From: Candidatus Versatilivorator sp.
GTDB taxonomy: Bacteria > Acidobacteriota > Terriglobia > Versatilivoradales > Versatilivoraceae
Direction: 5' to 3'
Length of the DNA: 64,000 bases
Assembly (NCBI GenBank): GCA_965207735.1
Contig: OZ242296.1
Coordinates: 4,032,001 to 4,096,000 of the forward strand
The notes beneath the pieces are model-generated. The model made no database searches. It was not told where the DNA came from and saw only the letters and a list, made by a program, of their open reading frames with translations. Below, in pieces: positions 10,385 to 20,106 of the stretch. Within the stretch, counting starts at the first letter, position 1, and every line of letters begins with the position of its first letter. The translations under genes and the position numbers were made by a program.

Positions 10385-11185
10385 ATGATGGAACGCAGGC
10401 AGTTCGTGGCGCTGCTGGCCGCGGCGCCCGTGCTCGGCAAGATTCCCATGCGCGAGGCCGGCCGCGTGGAGACCGTCTTCAAGAGCCCCGGCCCCTACCC
10501 CAACGGCCTGCAGGCGACCGACGAGGGCTTGTGGATCATCGATGGGGAAGACGCCCGCGCCCACCTCGTCAGCTACAGCGACGGAACGGTGCTGCGGGGT
10601 TTCGATACCGGGGCCGTCCACCCCAGCGGGATCACTTTCGACGGAGAGGCGATCTGGGTGGCGTCGACCTACAGCCGGGAGATCATCCGCGCCGACGCCT
10701 CCAGCGGCAAGACCCTTGCGAAGCACTTCACACCCGGCGCCGGCGTGATCTACAGAATGCCCTCGGATCCCCCCGGTCGCCGAAGCCCGCTGGCCCCCGC
10801 CCCGCCGCCTGCGAGCGCAACGCCCGCCCCCGCCAAGCCCCGCCCGGCGACCGGCGCGCATGGCCTGGAGTGGCGAGAGGGCAAGCTATGGGCGGCGGTG
10901 CCACCCTCCCGAATGATCTACCGCATCGATCCCCGGAACTGGATGGTCGAGCAGCGCTTCCCCTCGGCGGGCAACCGCCCCCACGGCATCGGCTGGGAAG
11001 GCGACGACCTGTGGTGCACCGACACCAACCGTAACGCCTTCTTCAAACACAATCCCCAATCCGGGGAGATCGTCGAGAAGATCCAGCTCGCCGACGATGA
11101 CCCCCTGCCCCACGGAATGACCATCCGGGACGGCGTCCTGTGGTACTGCGACGACGTCGGCATCGTTTGCCGGCTGAAGCTCTGA
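10385..11185 (+). CDS. Beta-propeller protein (glutamine cyclotransferase/virginiamycin lyase-like repeats), possible Tat signal
   Basis: Repeated P-x-G-[IL]-x-[FW]-x-G-x-x-[LI]W units; N-terminal ERRQF. Confidence 0.7.
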   Translation: MMERRQFVALLAAAPVLGKIPMREAGRVETVFKSPGPYPNGLQATDEGLWIIDGEDARAHLVSYSDGTVLRGFDTGAVHPSGITFDGEAIWVASTYSREIIRADASSGKTLAKHFTPGAGVIYRMPSDPPGRRSPLAPAPPPASATPAPAKPRPATGAHGLEWREGKLWAAVPPSRMIYRIDPRNWMVEQRFPSAGNRPHGIGWEGDDLWCTDTNRNAFFKHNPQSGEIVEKIQLADDDPLPHGMTIRDGVLWYCDDVGIVCRLKL

Positions 11186-11301
11186 GCCGCGTCAAGTAGC
11201 GAGACCAGATTCTGATTCGGACCCCGGCAAACGTCCGAAAACGCTTGGTGTTCCAGCCAGACAGACTTTAAGGAAAGGTTCAGCCCAAGACCCGGGAGCC
11301 C

Positions 11302-12132
11302 CTACGGCTTCCGTCCGATCGCTTCTCCCCAGGCGATGGCAGAGACGGCGCCCGGGGAATCCCTCCATTGGTCCAGCAAGCGGCGCCAGTTGTCGAACTT
11401 CTCCTGAGTTGCCAGTCCGTATTTGATGGCAGCCTCGACGGTTTTGGGGGCAAAGAACCAACTGACGGAAAAGGCGTGGTAGAAGGCAACGTCCTCGGGC
11501 GTGCCGAAGTATTCGAACGAGGCGCTTCCATGGATCACCGAGAACCCGGCCTCAAGAAATCTCCTCGGCAGTTCCTTGCCCATCTCCGGATGGGACCCGT
11601 TGGCCTCAAGCAGCTTGGAGAAGGTCACCCAGGCATCGGCAAGAGCTTCGAATGCGGGTTCGGAAAAGGACGAGGAACCGATCATTTCGCGCGCCGAGAT
11701 GAGGCCTCCCGGCTTCAACACCCGTTTCACCTCGGCCAGGACGGCATCGGTGTCGGGAACGTGCATGAGGAGCGCGTGACAGTGGGCGACATCGAACGAA
11801 CTGTCTTCATAGGGAAGACGAGTCACGTCGCCCGTCCGGAAGACCGCGTTGTGGTGTCCGCCGGCTGTAGCGGCAGCCCTGGCGATCTCGATCTGGGACT
11901 CTTCCATGTCGATGCCGTGCACCTCTCCGGGATCTACTGCCTTCGCCAACCCCAACGAGATGGTTCCCGGACCGCAACCCATATCGAGGACACGCATTCC
12001 GGGCTTGAGATGGGCCAACAGATGCCCGGCGTTGGTCTCAGCATTGCGGCGGTCGAGTAGTTGCAAGAACTCGTCGCTGTAACCCATGGTGTAAGAAGCC
12101 GTGGGTGAATCCGGGTTCTGGCTACTGTTCAT
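11302..12132 (-). CDS. Class I SAM-dependent methyltransferase
   Basis: VLDMGCGPG, LPYEDSSFD and RVLKPGG motifs. Confidence 0.92.
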   Translation of the reverse strand: MNSSQNPDSPTASYTMGYSDEFLQLLDRRNAETNAGHLLAHLKPGMRVLDMGCGPGTISLGLAKAVDPGEVHGIDMEESQIEIARAAATAGGHHNAVFRTGDVTRLPYEDSSFDVAHCHALLMHVPDTDAVLAEVKRVLKPGGLISAREMIGSSSFSEPAFEALADAWVTFSKLLEANGSHPEMGKELPRRFLEAGFSVIHGSASFEYFGTPEDVAFYHAFSVSWFFAPKTVEAAIKYGLATQEKFDNWRRLLDQWRDSPGAVSAIAWGEAIGRKP

Positions 12133-12225
12133 TGTCTATTCCCTCCTGATCCATTGGAGCAATCGCTTCTGCGGTAGGAACTAACCGATTGCGGGAAAAA
12201 GAAACTCAGGCCGGGAGGCTGCTCC

Positions 12226-13440
12226 CTACTCCACTATTCCCGACAGGCGGGCGAGCTGCAGGACCGAGAGCGCGGCGATCACCAGCACCACCAGCACCCC
12301 GAGCGCGTTGGCCAGGCGGGTGTTGCGGAAGCGGCCCATGATCTCGGTCCGGTTCGCAATGACCAGCAGCAACACCAGCACCACCGGCAGGAACAGCGCG
12401 TTGGCCGCCTGGGCCAAGACAATCACCCTATAGGGCGAGCCGTCGAACAGTGCGCCGAACAGCACGCCGGTTACCAGCACGAATCCGCCCAGCAGACGCA
12501 GGCGGGCGCTCCGCAGGTCGGGAGTCCAGCCGAAGGCCCCGGAGACGGCGTAGGCGGCCGCCAGCGGGGCGGTGATGGCCGAGGTCAGGCCCGCGGCAAA
12601 CAGGCCCCCGGCGAACAGCACCGGGGCTGCCGGACCGAGGAGCGGCTCCAGCCGCTGGCCGACGGTGGCGGCGCTTACCTCTACCCCCAGCCCGTGCAGA
12701 GGTATGGCGGTGACCAGCACCGAGGCGGTGACCAGTCCCCCGAGTGCTACCGAGCAGACGGTATCGAGCCGAGCCTCCTTCACATTCGCCTCCTTGCGCT
12801 CCGCGTCGGGCCACTGCTCCAGGGCGGTGCTCGCGTGCAGAAAGAGGTTGTAGGAGACAACCGTGGTGCCGATGAGCGCCAGGACGATAAGCAGCGAGCC
12901 CGGCGGCACGGACGGCACCAGTGCGCCGGCCGCCAGCTCTCCCAGACTCGGCGCGGTCATCGCGGCGACGATGCAGAAAGTGACGCCCATCACCACCACC
13001 AGCGCCACCAGCACGTTCTGAATCATGCGGTACCTGCCGGTCAGCAGCAGGCCGCCGGCGAGAGCGCCCAGCAAGAGAATTGCCAAGCCCGGGTCCAGCC
13101 CGGTAAGCGCGTTGAAGCCCAGCGAGGCCCCCAGCAGGTTACCGGCCTGAAAGGCGGCGTTGCCCAGCAGGATAGTCACCGCGATCAGCACGACTACCAC
13201 GCCTTTGAGCACCGGCGACCCAATGCTGGCGCGCATGGACTCAGCCAGGCCCCGGCCGCCGGCGATGCCCACCCGGGCCGCCATGTCCTGCAAAACGATG
13301 GTGGCCGCCACGGAAAAAACGATAGTCCAGAGCAGAGCGGCGCCGTAACCGGCCCCGGCGGTGCTGGCCGTCACGATAGTGCCCGGGCCGATGAATGCAG
13401 CCGATACCAGCAGACCCGGTCCGAGTCGAAATTTGGTCAT
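12226..13440 (-). CDS. Nramp/MntH-like (YcsG-type) divalent metal transporter
   Basis: GPGLLVSAAFIGPG start, GTTVVSYNLFLH, about 11 hydrophobic segments. Confidence 0.85.
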   Translation of the reverse strand: MTKFRLGPGLLVSAAFIGPGTIVTASTAGAGYGAALLWTIVFSVAATIVLQDMAARVGIAGGRGLAESMRASIGSPVLKGVVVVLIAVTILLGNAAFQAGNLLGASLGFNALTGLDPGLAILLLGALAGGLLLTGRYRMIQNVLVALVVVMGVTFCIVAAMTAPSLGELAAGALVPSVPPGSLLIVLALIGTTVVSYNLFLHASTALEQWPDAERKEANVKEARLDTVCSVALGGLVTASVLVTAIPLHGLGVEVSAATVGQRLEPLLGPAAPVLFAGGLFAAGLTSAITAPLAAAYAVSGAFGWTPDLRSARLRLLGGFVLVTGVLFGALFDGSPYRVIVLAQAANALFLPVVLVLLLVIANRTEIMGRFRNTRLANALGVLVVLVIAALSVLQLARLSGIVE

Positions 13441-13576
13441 GGGAGAGATCTTGAGGGGCTGACTGCAAGCCGGTCAGCGGTGGCTGTCAATGATTTGTTT
13501 CCGATTTCCTGCAAGCGCTAGGTTACCACGACTGCAGGTTGGAGGCGCTACCGCGACGTTTGGGAAAGTTTTTAAT

Positions 13577-13612
13577 TTGACAACATTCAAAGTGTGTACT
13601 ATTTAATACACA
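13577..13612 (+). promoter_or_regulatory. Sigma70-type promoter with overlapping palindromic operator; probable leaderless transcript
   Basis: TTGACA at 13577-13582; AT-rich -10 region (TACTATTTAAT); inverted repeat TGTGTA-N8-TACACA at 13593-13612 abutting the ATG; no Shine-Dalgarno. Confidence 0.6.
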
Positions 13613-13965
13613 TGACACACTTTGGAAGAAGCATTCGAGCCCGCCGAGAGCACCTCCACCTGGAGGACAAGCGCTTTTCCCTGCGCCAGGTGGCCCTGCG
13701 CATCGGGATCGAGCCGGCCTATCTGAGCAAGATCGAACGGGGCGAGGTCTCACCGCCATCGGAGGCGACCACGGTCAGGCTCGCGCACGAACTGAGTGAG
13801 GACCCGGACGTGCTCCTGGCCTTGGCCGGGAAGGTCTCGGGCGACCTTCAGAACATCATCCGCAAGCGGCCCAAGCTATTCGCGGAATTGATCCGTCAAC
13901 TGAAGGAAGCGCCCGACCACGCACTCCTCCACGTGGTGCGGGAAGTGCGGGACGGCGAATGGTGA
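13612..13965 (+). CDS. XRE-family helix-turn-helix transcriptional regulator
   Basis: SLRQVALRIGIEPAYLSKIERG HTH_3 signature. Confidence 0.9.
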   Translation: MTHFGRSIRARREHLHLEDKRFSLRQVALRIGIEPAYLSKIERGEVSPPSEATTVRLAHELSEDPDVLLALAGKVSGDLQNIIRKRPKLFAELIRQLKEAPDHALLHVVREVRDGEW

Positions 13966-13992
13966 GGACGAACCCACAAGGAGACATCGACG

Positions 13993-15012
13993 ATGATCAC
14001 CCTCAAGAACGACAGCCTGGAGTTCCGCTTCCCCGAGGTGCACCGCGACGCGCGTTGCACGATCGAGTTTCAGCGCACCCTGCGAATTCCCGATGACGAC
14101 AGAGATTATCCTCTACCGCCGGGTCTGGGCCGCTTCCCCTTGCGGCATATCGACGACTTCGCAAGGCGCTTGCCGGAGCGGTGGCGCCGCAGGGGTGGCG
14201 TGATCGCGCCCATGCACCAGGCCGAAGCCATGTGGATCGCATTCGGGGGCCATTCCGAATACCCCTTTGCGGTGAAGATCGCCACCGGAAAGATCTGTGC
14301 GATCAGCGGCGACCCCTGGGTGAATCACCTGAACAAGGACCCGAAGGACTACGTAGTGTTGCCTGAGCAGCCCTGGCTGGACGGCTACTGCGTGGAGAAA
14401 GGAGTAATCCGCCAGTTCGTGGCCATGCCCCTGGGCAAGGGCTACACGGTCGAGGAGCAGTTGACTGGAGCGGCGCAGCACGGCGGCCTTCAGATCATGG
14501 TCTATCCGATGAAGCGCAAGCGTTACAAGCAGTTGATGGCTCGGGCTTCCCGGTGGCCCCGCCTCCCCCACATGCAAGATGCGGTCTGTTGTGTAGCTCA
14601 GGAGCCCATGGGCCTGGCCCCCGGAGGGAGGATGAGGCAGGAAGTCTATGACGACCCCTACGGTCTGGACGCCTGGGACCAGAAGCACTCCAGGCGCTGT
14701 TTCGTCACCATCGCCAATTCCACCCAATGGATGGCGATCACCGGTGAAAGGCCGCCAACAGTGCCACCGTCGGCGTTGGAGTACACCGAAGCGGGTTTTC
14801 CCTGGTTCGAATGGTATGGGGGGGACGTTGCAGCCATCGATGGCGCCGAGAGGCTCAAGAAGCTGGCGAGCGTGGCCCAACTGGGCAAGAGAACGGGCAA
14901 GCAACCGTTGTCGGGAAACGAATCGGTCGAAGTAACCCAGATTGTCGGGCTTTCAGCCGGAGGCGCCACCGTTGACCGGGAGTTTACTTCCGACGAGATC
15001 CTGCGTTCGTAG
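13993..15012 (+). CDS. Conserved hypothetical protein (FQRTLRIPDD...LPPGLG.FPL family)
   Basis: AGGAG RBS; motifs PMHQAEAMWI, QPWLDG, RQFVAMPLG.GYTVEEQLTG, MGLAPGG; co-oriented with the HTH gene. Confidence 0.75.
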   Translation: MITLKNDSLEFRFPEVHRDARCTIEFQRTLRIPDDDRDYPLPPGLGRFPLRHIDDFARRLPERWRRRGGVIAPMHQAEAMWIAFGGHSEYPFAVKIATGKICAISGDPWVNHLNKDPKDYVVLPEQPWLDGYCVEKGVIRQFVAMPLGKGYTVEEQLTGAAQHGGLQIMVYPMKRKRYKQLMARASRWPRLPHMQDAVCCVAQEPMGLAPGGRMRQEVYDDPYGLDAWDQKHSRRCFVTIANSTQWMAITGERPPTVPPSALEYTEAGFPWFEWYGGDVAAIDGAERLKKLASVAQLGKRTGKQPLSGNESVEVTQIVGLSAGGATVDREFTSDEILRS

Positions 15013-15191
15013 GGTCGCTTTCCTGCTCCGATGGCAATCGCAGCAGTTGCAGAGATGTGCAGTGAGCTCTGCAGAGTCTCAGGGCCCTCTGCACGGAATG
15101 GTCAAGCCATGCTCCGTGAACGAATACAGGACTGGAGGATAAGACCGACCGCAAGAACAGCCCGGACCGTCGGCCGGCTAATCTACGCGAT

Positions 15192-16190
15192 TCAGTTCCC
15201 CGATTCCGTTCCGTTCATGTTCGGTGCGGGAGATTCCAGGTAATAGCCCGCTCCGATCAGCACCGGCACCCCGAAGGACACCACCCTCTTGACGAAGGTC
15301 ACCTTGCGCCGCCACTGGTTGGTGGCAGGATTCCGGTTCCAGTAGTAGAGAAAGGACTCACCGAAGGCATCGGCAACCCCCAGGACGTTCCGCCCTGCGA
15401 AGCTGCCGATATAGACCGAGGACAACTCCGACCCGATCAGGGGATTTGCCGGGGAGCCTGTAAAAAGAGTGTAGCCGTAGGTGTCCAGGCCGAACAGGTA
15501 GATGGAGTCGCTTTTCCAACGAGGATCGTTGGCCAGGCTGACCGAGGCGAAATACCCCATGGAATCCAGCTCCATGGCGGCGCAGCGGACAAACTCCTGC
15601 AGCCGCGCCTCGGAGGGATAGGAGTGGAGCATGGCGGAATTGACCTCGTCGCTCCGGCAACTGCTGGGCAGGTCGCGCCGATAGATCCCCGCCCCAATGG
15701 CGGCGGACACCCCGTTCCAGTCGATGGCCTTGAAGTACGAAGCCTTGGGCTCGGCTCTGCCGGTGGCAGGATTGGTGAAGGAATAATAGACCCAACCCTG
15801 ACCGAAGTTGGTCGCGACGCGATAGAACTCCAGGATCAGGTCGGAGCCGAAGTCGTCCACCAGGACTCCCCACGCCAACCCCTCCAGAGAGGGATCAGGT
15901 GGGAAGACGAAAGCACGGGAGGCCCCGGGCACATCCGTCATTTCGTCGACGAAGACATAGGTGGGGCCGCTCTTCCAGCGCTCGTCCTCGTTGAAGGCTC
16001 TGCGGGCCTCCTCGAAGCCCACTTCCTGGACGAACTCGTAGGCGCACTGCACAAAGGCCTGCACGTCCTCCGTGGTGCGCACGGCGCTGGCCACGATGGT
16101 GCGTTCCTCACAGGTATCGTGAGAGGCTAGGCCCGGTGAGACGAGGATAGCCCCCAGAAAAATAAGAATCGAAAGGGTTTTAGTTTTCAT
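15192..16190 (-). CDS. Secreted protein with two tandem Cache-like domains
   Basis: Signal peptide; duplicated FVxCA...W..YVF / Y...NPAT...K...IGAG.Y units. Confidence 0.72.
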   Translation of the reverse strand: MKTKTLSILIFLGAILVSPGLASHDTCEERTIVASAVRTTEDVQAFVQCAYEFVQEVGFEEARRAFNEDERWKSGPTYVFVDEMTDVPGASRAFVFPPDPSLEGLAWGVLVDDFGSDLILEFYRVATNFGQGWVYYSFTNPATGRAEPKASYFKAIDWNGVSAAIGAGIYRRDLPSSCRSDEVNSAMLHSYPSEARLQEFVRCAAMELDSMGYFASVSLANDPRWKSDSIYLFGLDTYGYTLFTGSPANPLIGSELSSVYIGSFAGRNVLGVADAFGESFLYYWNRNPATNQWRRKVTFVKRVVSFGVPVLIGAGYYLESPAPNMNGTESGN

Positions 16191-16328
16191 AATGCGGTAA
16201 TTCTACCGGAAGGGAAGAGCTCCTGCAACCGTTATTTAACTGATTTTTCACTAATTTTCAGGGATCGGGCAAGGCTTGGAAAACTAAAATTTGTGTGGAT
16301 GCAATGAGTCTGAGCGATTTGTCCAATA

Positions 16329-16937
16329 TCAGATATTGCCTGACCTGATCATTGAGTGTGCCGTGTAAAGGTCACATGCTCCTACCTTGCGGAGTATCGT
16401 AGCTCTATATTCTGGCAGGAGAGGAGTCTCTATGCCCTCGACAATTGCCGAAGCCAAATAGCTAATGCCGTCAGTCCTCTTGGCACCAGCCGTTCCTCGC
16501 GCACTACGGATTGCTAAGTCCGCAAGGTGCTCAGGGGTTCGTTTTTCGATGTTCGCACCAATATTTGTAAAGAGTACGGTCTCGACACCCGCAAGATCTT
16601 CCACACACTCCACCAAGACATGGTTTTGGCCAGGCTTGGTTGGGCGGCTGTAGTGCTTTTGCGATAATTCATTTCTCGTCTCTCGCCTCCATAAAAGATC
16701 TTTGGCTCGCACACGTTCCACATTGGATTTGAGAACGAGGAGTACCGCCTTCACCGGAGCGCCACCAACCTCGACGGGAACGAGGGTCGGTCCTCCACCG
16801 CGAGTGCGGCTGGAGCGAGCAAACTCAACTGAGAATGGCGTCCCAACACCATGAATCTTCTTACAAACCAACGGACTCAACTCTACACCCGGATCTTTGA
16901 TTAGAGACCCGTACGCGAGAATAGCGATACGTGCCAT
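16329..16937 (-). CDS. Gamma-glutamylcyclotransferase/ChaC-like fold protein
   Basis: N-terminal IAILAYGSLI, RGGGPTLVPV, LWRRE and YL near the C-terminus; lower GC than flanks. Confidence 0.6.
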   Translation of the reverse strand: MARIAILAYGSLIKDPGVELSPLVCKKIHGVGTPFSVEFARSSRTRGGGPTLVPVEVGGAPVKAVLLVLKSNVERVRAKDLLWRRETRNELSQKHYSRPTKPGQNHVLVECVEDLAGVETVLFTNIGANIEKRTPEHLADLAIRSARGTAGAKRTDGISYLASAIVEGIETPLLPEYRATILRKVGACDLYTAHSMIRSGNI

Positions 16938-17282
16938 CACCTGCCCCGTTGACGCGTGGCCATTGCGTTGCCAAACACGTACCTAGAGTATTTCATGGAT
17001 ACGCAGGTAAATGTTTCCGGTCTCAGCGGCATATCGCCGTTTCCGCAGCAGCAGTTGAACTAGATCAATTCGTCCTTCGAGCACTCCCATTAAATCGCTC
17101 CCATCCATCAAGATTACCAAACGGCGTCCCGAAGCATGAGTATTGATTGCGTCCGTGGAAAATCCATTGACCGAGAGGAAGAGCCCCAGCGTATTTTCTA
17201 GCTTTCTGGACAGTTTCCCTGCTAGACCGTCTAGTTCCATAGCGGCGACGGGACCCTTTTGCCACTTCGCCTCTAAAAGATA

Positions 17283-18769
17283 GAGCCTTTTGCAAAATTC
17301 GCAGATAGCGGGAATTTTCACGTGGGGAAAGATCAAGGAGGGCAGGTGGAAGGAGGGGCAAGACCACTGTCTGTTGTATCATGAAGGTGTCTGAACCACA
17401 TGATGAACGGAGGTGGAACTTGCCCCTTAGGGAAACCCTATCACGACACTGGTTCCGGTTTCAACGAGAGCTGTTTCCCCTGCTGGAGGAAGTTTTGGGG
17501 CCTCTGGGAGAGCGTTACCAGCGGCTGGTGCAGGTATTGGAGTTGGTGCGGGTGGAGGAGTTGCTGCCTTACAGTCGGGGCTGGCGTGGCCGGCCGCTGG
17601 AGGATCGGGCAGTGCTGGCGCGAGCCTATCTGGCGAAGTCGATGCTGGAGGTGGCGACCACGCGGGGATTGGTGGAGCGGCTGAGGAGTGAGGGGAGGCT
17701 GCGGCGGCTGTGCGGCTGGGAGAGGGCGTGGGAGGTACCGAGCGAGTCGACCTTCTCGCGGGCCTTTGCGGAATTCGCTGAGAGCGACCTGCCGGGGCGT
17801 TTGCACGAGGCATTGCTGGAGGAGACGCTGAAGGGCCACTTGGCGGGGCATGTGTCGAGGGACTCGACGGCGATTGCGGGACGGGAAAAGCCAGCGGCCA
17901 AGGCTGCGCCGGAGGCCAAGCGGAAACGCCGGCGGGGCCGGCCGCCGAAGGGCGAGCGACGGCCCAAGCGGTTGAGCCGGCTGGAGCGGCAGGGGTCGAT
18001 GACGCTGGAGGAAATGTTGAAGGAGTTGCCCAAGGCCTGCGACATCGGCGTCAAGCGCAACGCCAAGGGGCATCAGGAGAGCTGGACCGGCTACAAGCTA
18101 CACCTCGACGCCATTGACGGCGGGATTCCGGTCAGTTGTCTGCTGACCTCGGCCTCGGTGCATGACTCTCAGGCAGCCATTCCGCTGGCGACGCTGACGG
18201 CAAGGCGGGTCGAGAGTCTCTACGACTTGATGGACAGCGCCTACGATGCGCCGGAGATCCGGGCCTTCAGTGAGAAGCTGGGGCATGTGCCGATTATTGA
18301 CGTCAACCCCCGCCGAAGAGCTACCTTGAAAGCCGAGCGGAAGCGGGAGGCACTGGCCCGGCGCTGTATCGGCCAAGTGACTCCCGAGGCGCGGCGCTAC
18401 CGGGAACGCTCGACGGTGGAGCGGGTCAACGGACGGCTCAAGGAGGAGTTTGGCGGGAGGCAGGTGAGGGTTCGCGGCCCCGACAAGGTGAGGTGCCACC
18501 TGATGTTCGGCATTCTGGCCCTGACGGTGGATCAGTTGATGCGCCTGACGCTCTGAAGACCGGGTTGCCACCCCCAACCGCACAGCAGGTTCGCCCGCCT
18601 CAAGGCCGGGAGAGGGTAAGCTGTGCCTGCGTCCGGCGACCGCTGGCCATCCGGCCATCAGATTCGGGCTTTTTCCTTCAAAAGGGTCTTTGCAGCTGGG
18701 TAGTCACCGCCGGAACATCACTGTTGCCAGCCCAATGTCATGCCCGATTCCGAATTTTGCAAAAGGCTC
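17283..18769 (+). mobile_element. IS5/IS1182-like insertion sequence, copy 2 (1487 bp)
   Basis: Same TIRs as copy 1; 4-bp TSD GATA. Confidence 0.93.
17381..18556 (+). CDS. DDE transposase, identical protein to copy 1
   Basis: Same 391-aa translation. Confidence 0.93.
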   Translation: MKVSEPHDERRWNLPLRETLSRHWFRFQRELFPLLEEVLGPLGERYQRLVQVLELVRVEELLPYSRGWRGRPLEDRAVLARAYLAKSMLEVATTRGLVERLRSEGRLRRLCGWERAWEVPSESTFSRAFAEFAESDLPGRLHEALLEETLKGHLAGHVSRDSTAIAGREKPAAKAAPEAKRKRRRGRPPKGERRPKRLSRLERQGSMTLEEMLKELPKACDIGVKRNAKGHQESWTGYKLHLDAIDGGIPVSCLLTSASVHDSQAAIPLATLTARRVESLYDLMDSAYDAPEIRAFSEKLGHVPIIDVNPRRRATLKAERKREALARRCIGQVTPEARRYRERSTVERVNGRLKEEFGGRQVRVRGPDKVRCHLMFGILALTVDQLMRLTL

Positions 18770-19431
18770 GATAGTCTGTGCCTTCGAAACTGAATGCCCC
18801 GTCTATTTGCTCCCCCACAATCTTGAATGAAGCCTTTGGATCCAAGTCAAACAGATCAAACAACCCCTTGATGACCTTCTCCAACGAGTATCCACGCTGT
18901 TGGGGTGTGTCCGATTCAACTAGCTGAAGGAACTCACGCTTTAGGATTTGTAGTTGCTGTTGCAGAGCGTTAGCCTGTTGTACCTTTGCGTAAGCGTCCT
19001 TCCGTCTTTTTTCGGCCTTTCGCGCCTCTTCCTCTATGTCCTTGTAGCCTGTGAGTTGCGCACGAAGCCCCTGCACTGCAGCCTTAGCATCTTTCGACTT
19101 GCTGATACCGTCTTCAAGCTTGCGGAGATGGGAGAAGTCTGTGATCTGGCAGACTTCCGATATGATTTGGATCAGATCCTGTTGATATACGTCCTGGCGC
19201 TTGACGAGGTGATCCACAAGTGTTGCAACAATGTTCCGCTTGTAGTCAGACCAATTGAGGCGTGACAAGACTGCCGATTCGGAAAGGCATTGAGTCAAGA
19301 AACTCCGTAGATCGGATTTGTACCAGTAGACAAGTGTTAAGGCCTCCTTTAGTGCCTGTATCGCCACCGGAGAGATCTTTTTGGTCATTGACGTGACTTC
19401 TCGTTCAGTGGGTAATACCAAAAATGGCATA

Positions 19432-19690
19432 ACCCAGGTTGCTCACGACAGGTAGGCAGCGTTGGTTCTTGGAATCTATTAAAACACTGTTATAAAGCAA
19501 GTTAGACAAATCCCTGAAAGAAAACGGGTGCTCTCATACTGTACCACCAAATTGCGGGAGTTTGAACAAGCCTGAGGCTGGACTTGACGGCGGTCCCATC
19601 ACCTGCGATGCCAGCGACCTGCTGTGCCGTAGATCGATCAGCGCTTGTTTCTCGTTGACACTTTGGTAGCCCGCTTAGACGACGGCCTCA
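19432..19690 (+). pseudogene. Degenerate IS1380-family left end and transposase N-terminus
   Basis: Near 19586 the frame reads DGGPITCDASDLL, then LVDTLVARLDD, resembling the IS1380 DGGxITSDAGLLL...L..RL...L.D start. Frameshifted; boundaries approximate. Confidence 0.45.
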
Positions 19691-20106
19691 ACTTCGACTG
19701 AATCCAACCTAACCTCACCGCGCAGTGCTTTGTCGCATTGTCGACATCGAGTCGGGCACGAGCACGTTTACGACCACAATCAACTCCATCACCATCCAAT
19801 CACGGTGCTCCTCCCAAGGCATCTCTACTGCCACCTCAACCACTCGGTCCTGCTTGCAATAAAGGGCACCCTCAAGCGACTCGAACATTTCGCCAGCAAA
19901 GGCCGTGACAGCAGAGAACACCCCTACCATTCGATTGACCTGAAATGGAAGGACTTCGCCTCTACTCTAACCTGTTGCCGGCTAGCTTCTGTCTGTGCGG
20001 TTGGCCCCTGGTCGGGCGTGTGAGAGAATGGACTTGGAACTATTGGCGGAAGCTATCGACATAAAGTTGGGCGTACGGACTTGTAGAGCGCATTAGTGAG
20101 GAAATC

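Larger units (their letters stand above)
16983..19388 (-). pseudogene. Mrr-type (PD-(D/E)xK) restriction endonuclease, interrupted by IS copy 2
   Basis: Removing the IS plus one GATA gives a 304-aa ORF with RGYSLE...QIDGAFSFEGTDYLLEAKW...GLFLSVNGFS...ILMDG. Confidence 0.85.

Noticed and set aside
18738-19430. Independent 230-aa gene and separate 117-aa gene at 16983-17336
   Set aside because: They are the two halves of one nuclease gene split by IS copy 2.
19715-20023. Short overlapping ORFs (71 aa minus, 97 aa His-rich plus)
   Set aside because: No RBS or recognisable motif; located among decayed mobile sequence.
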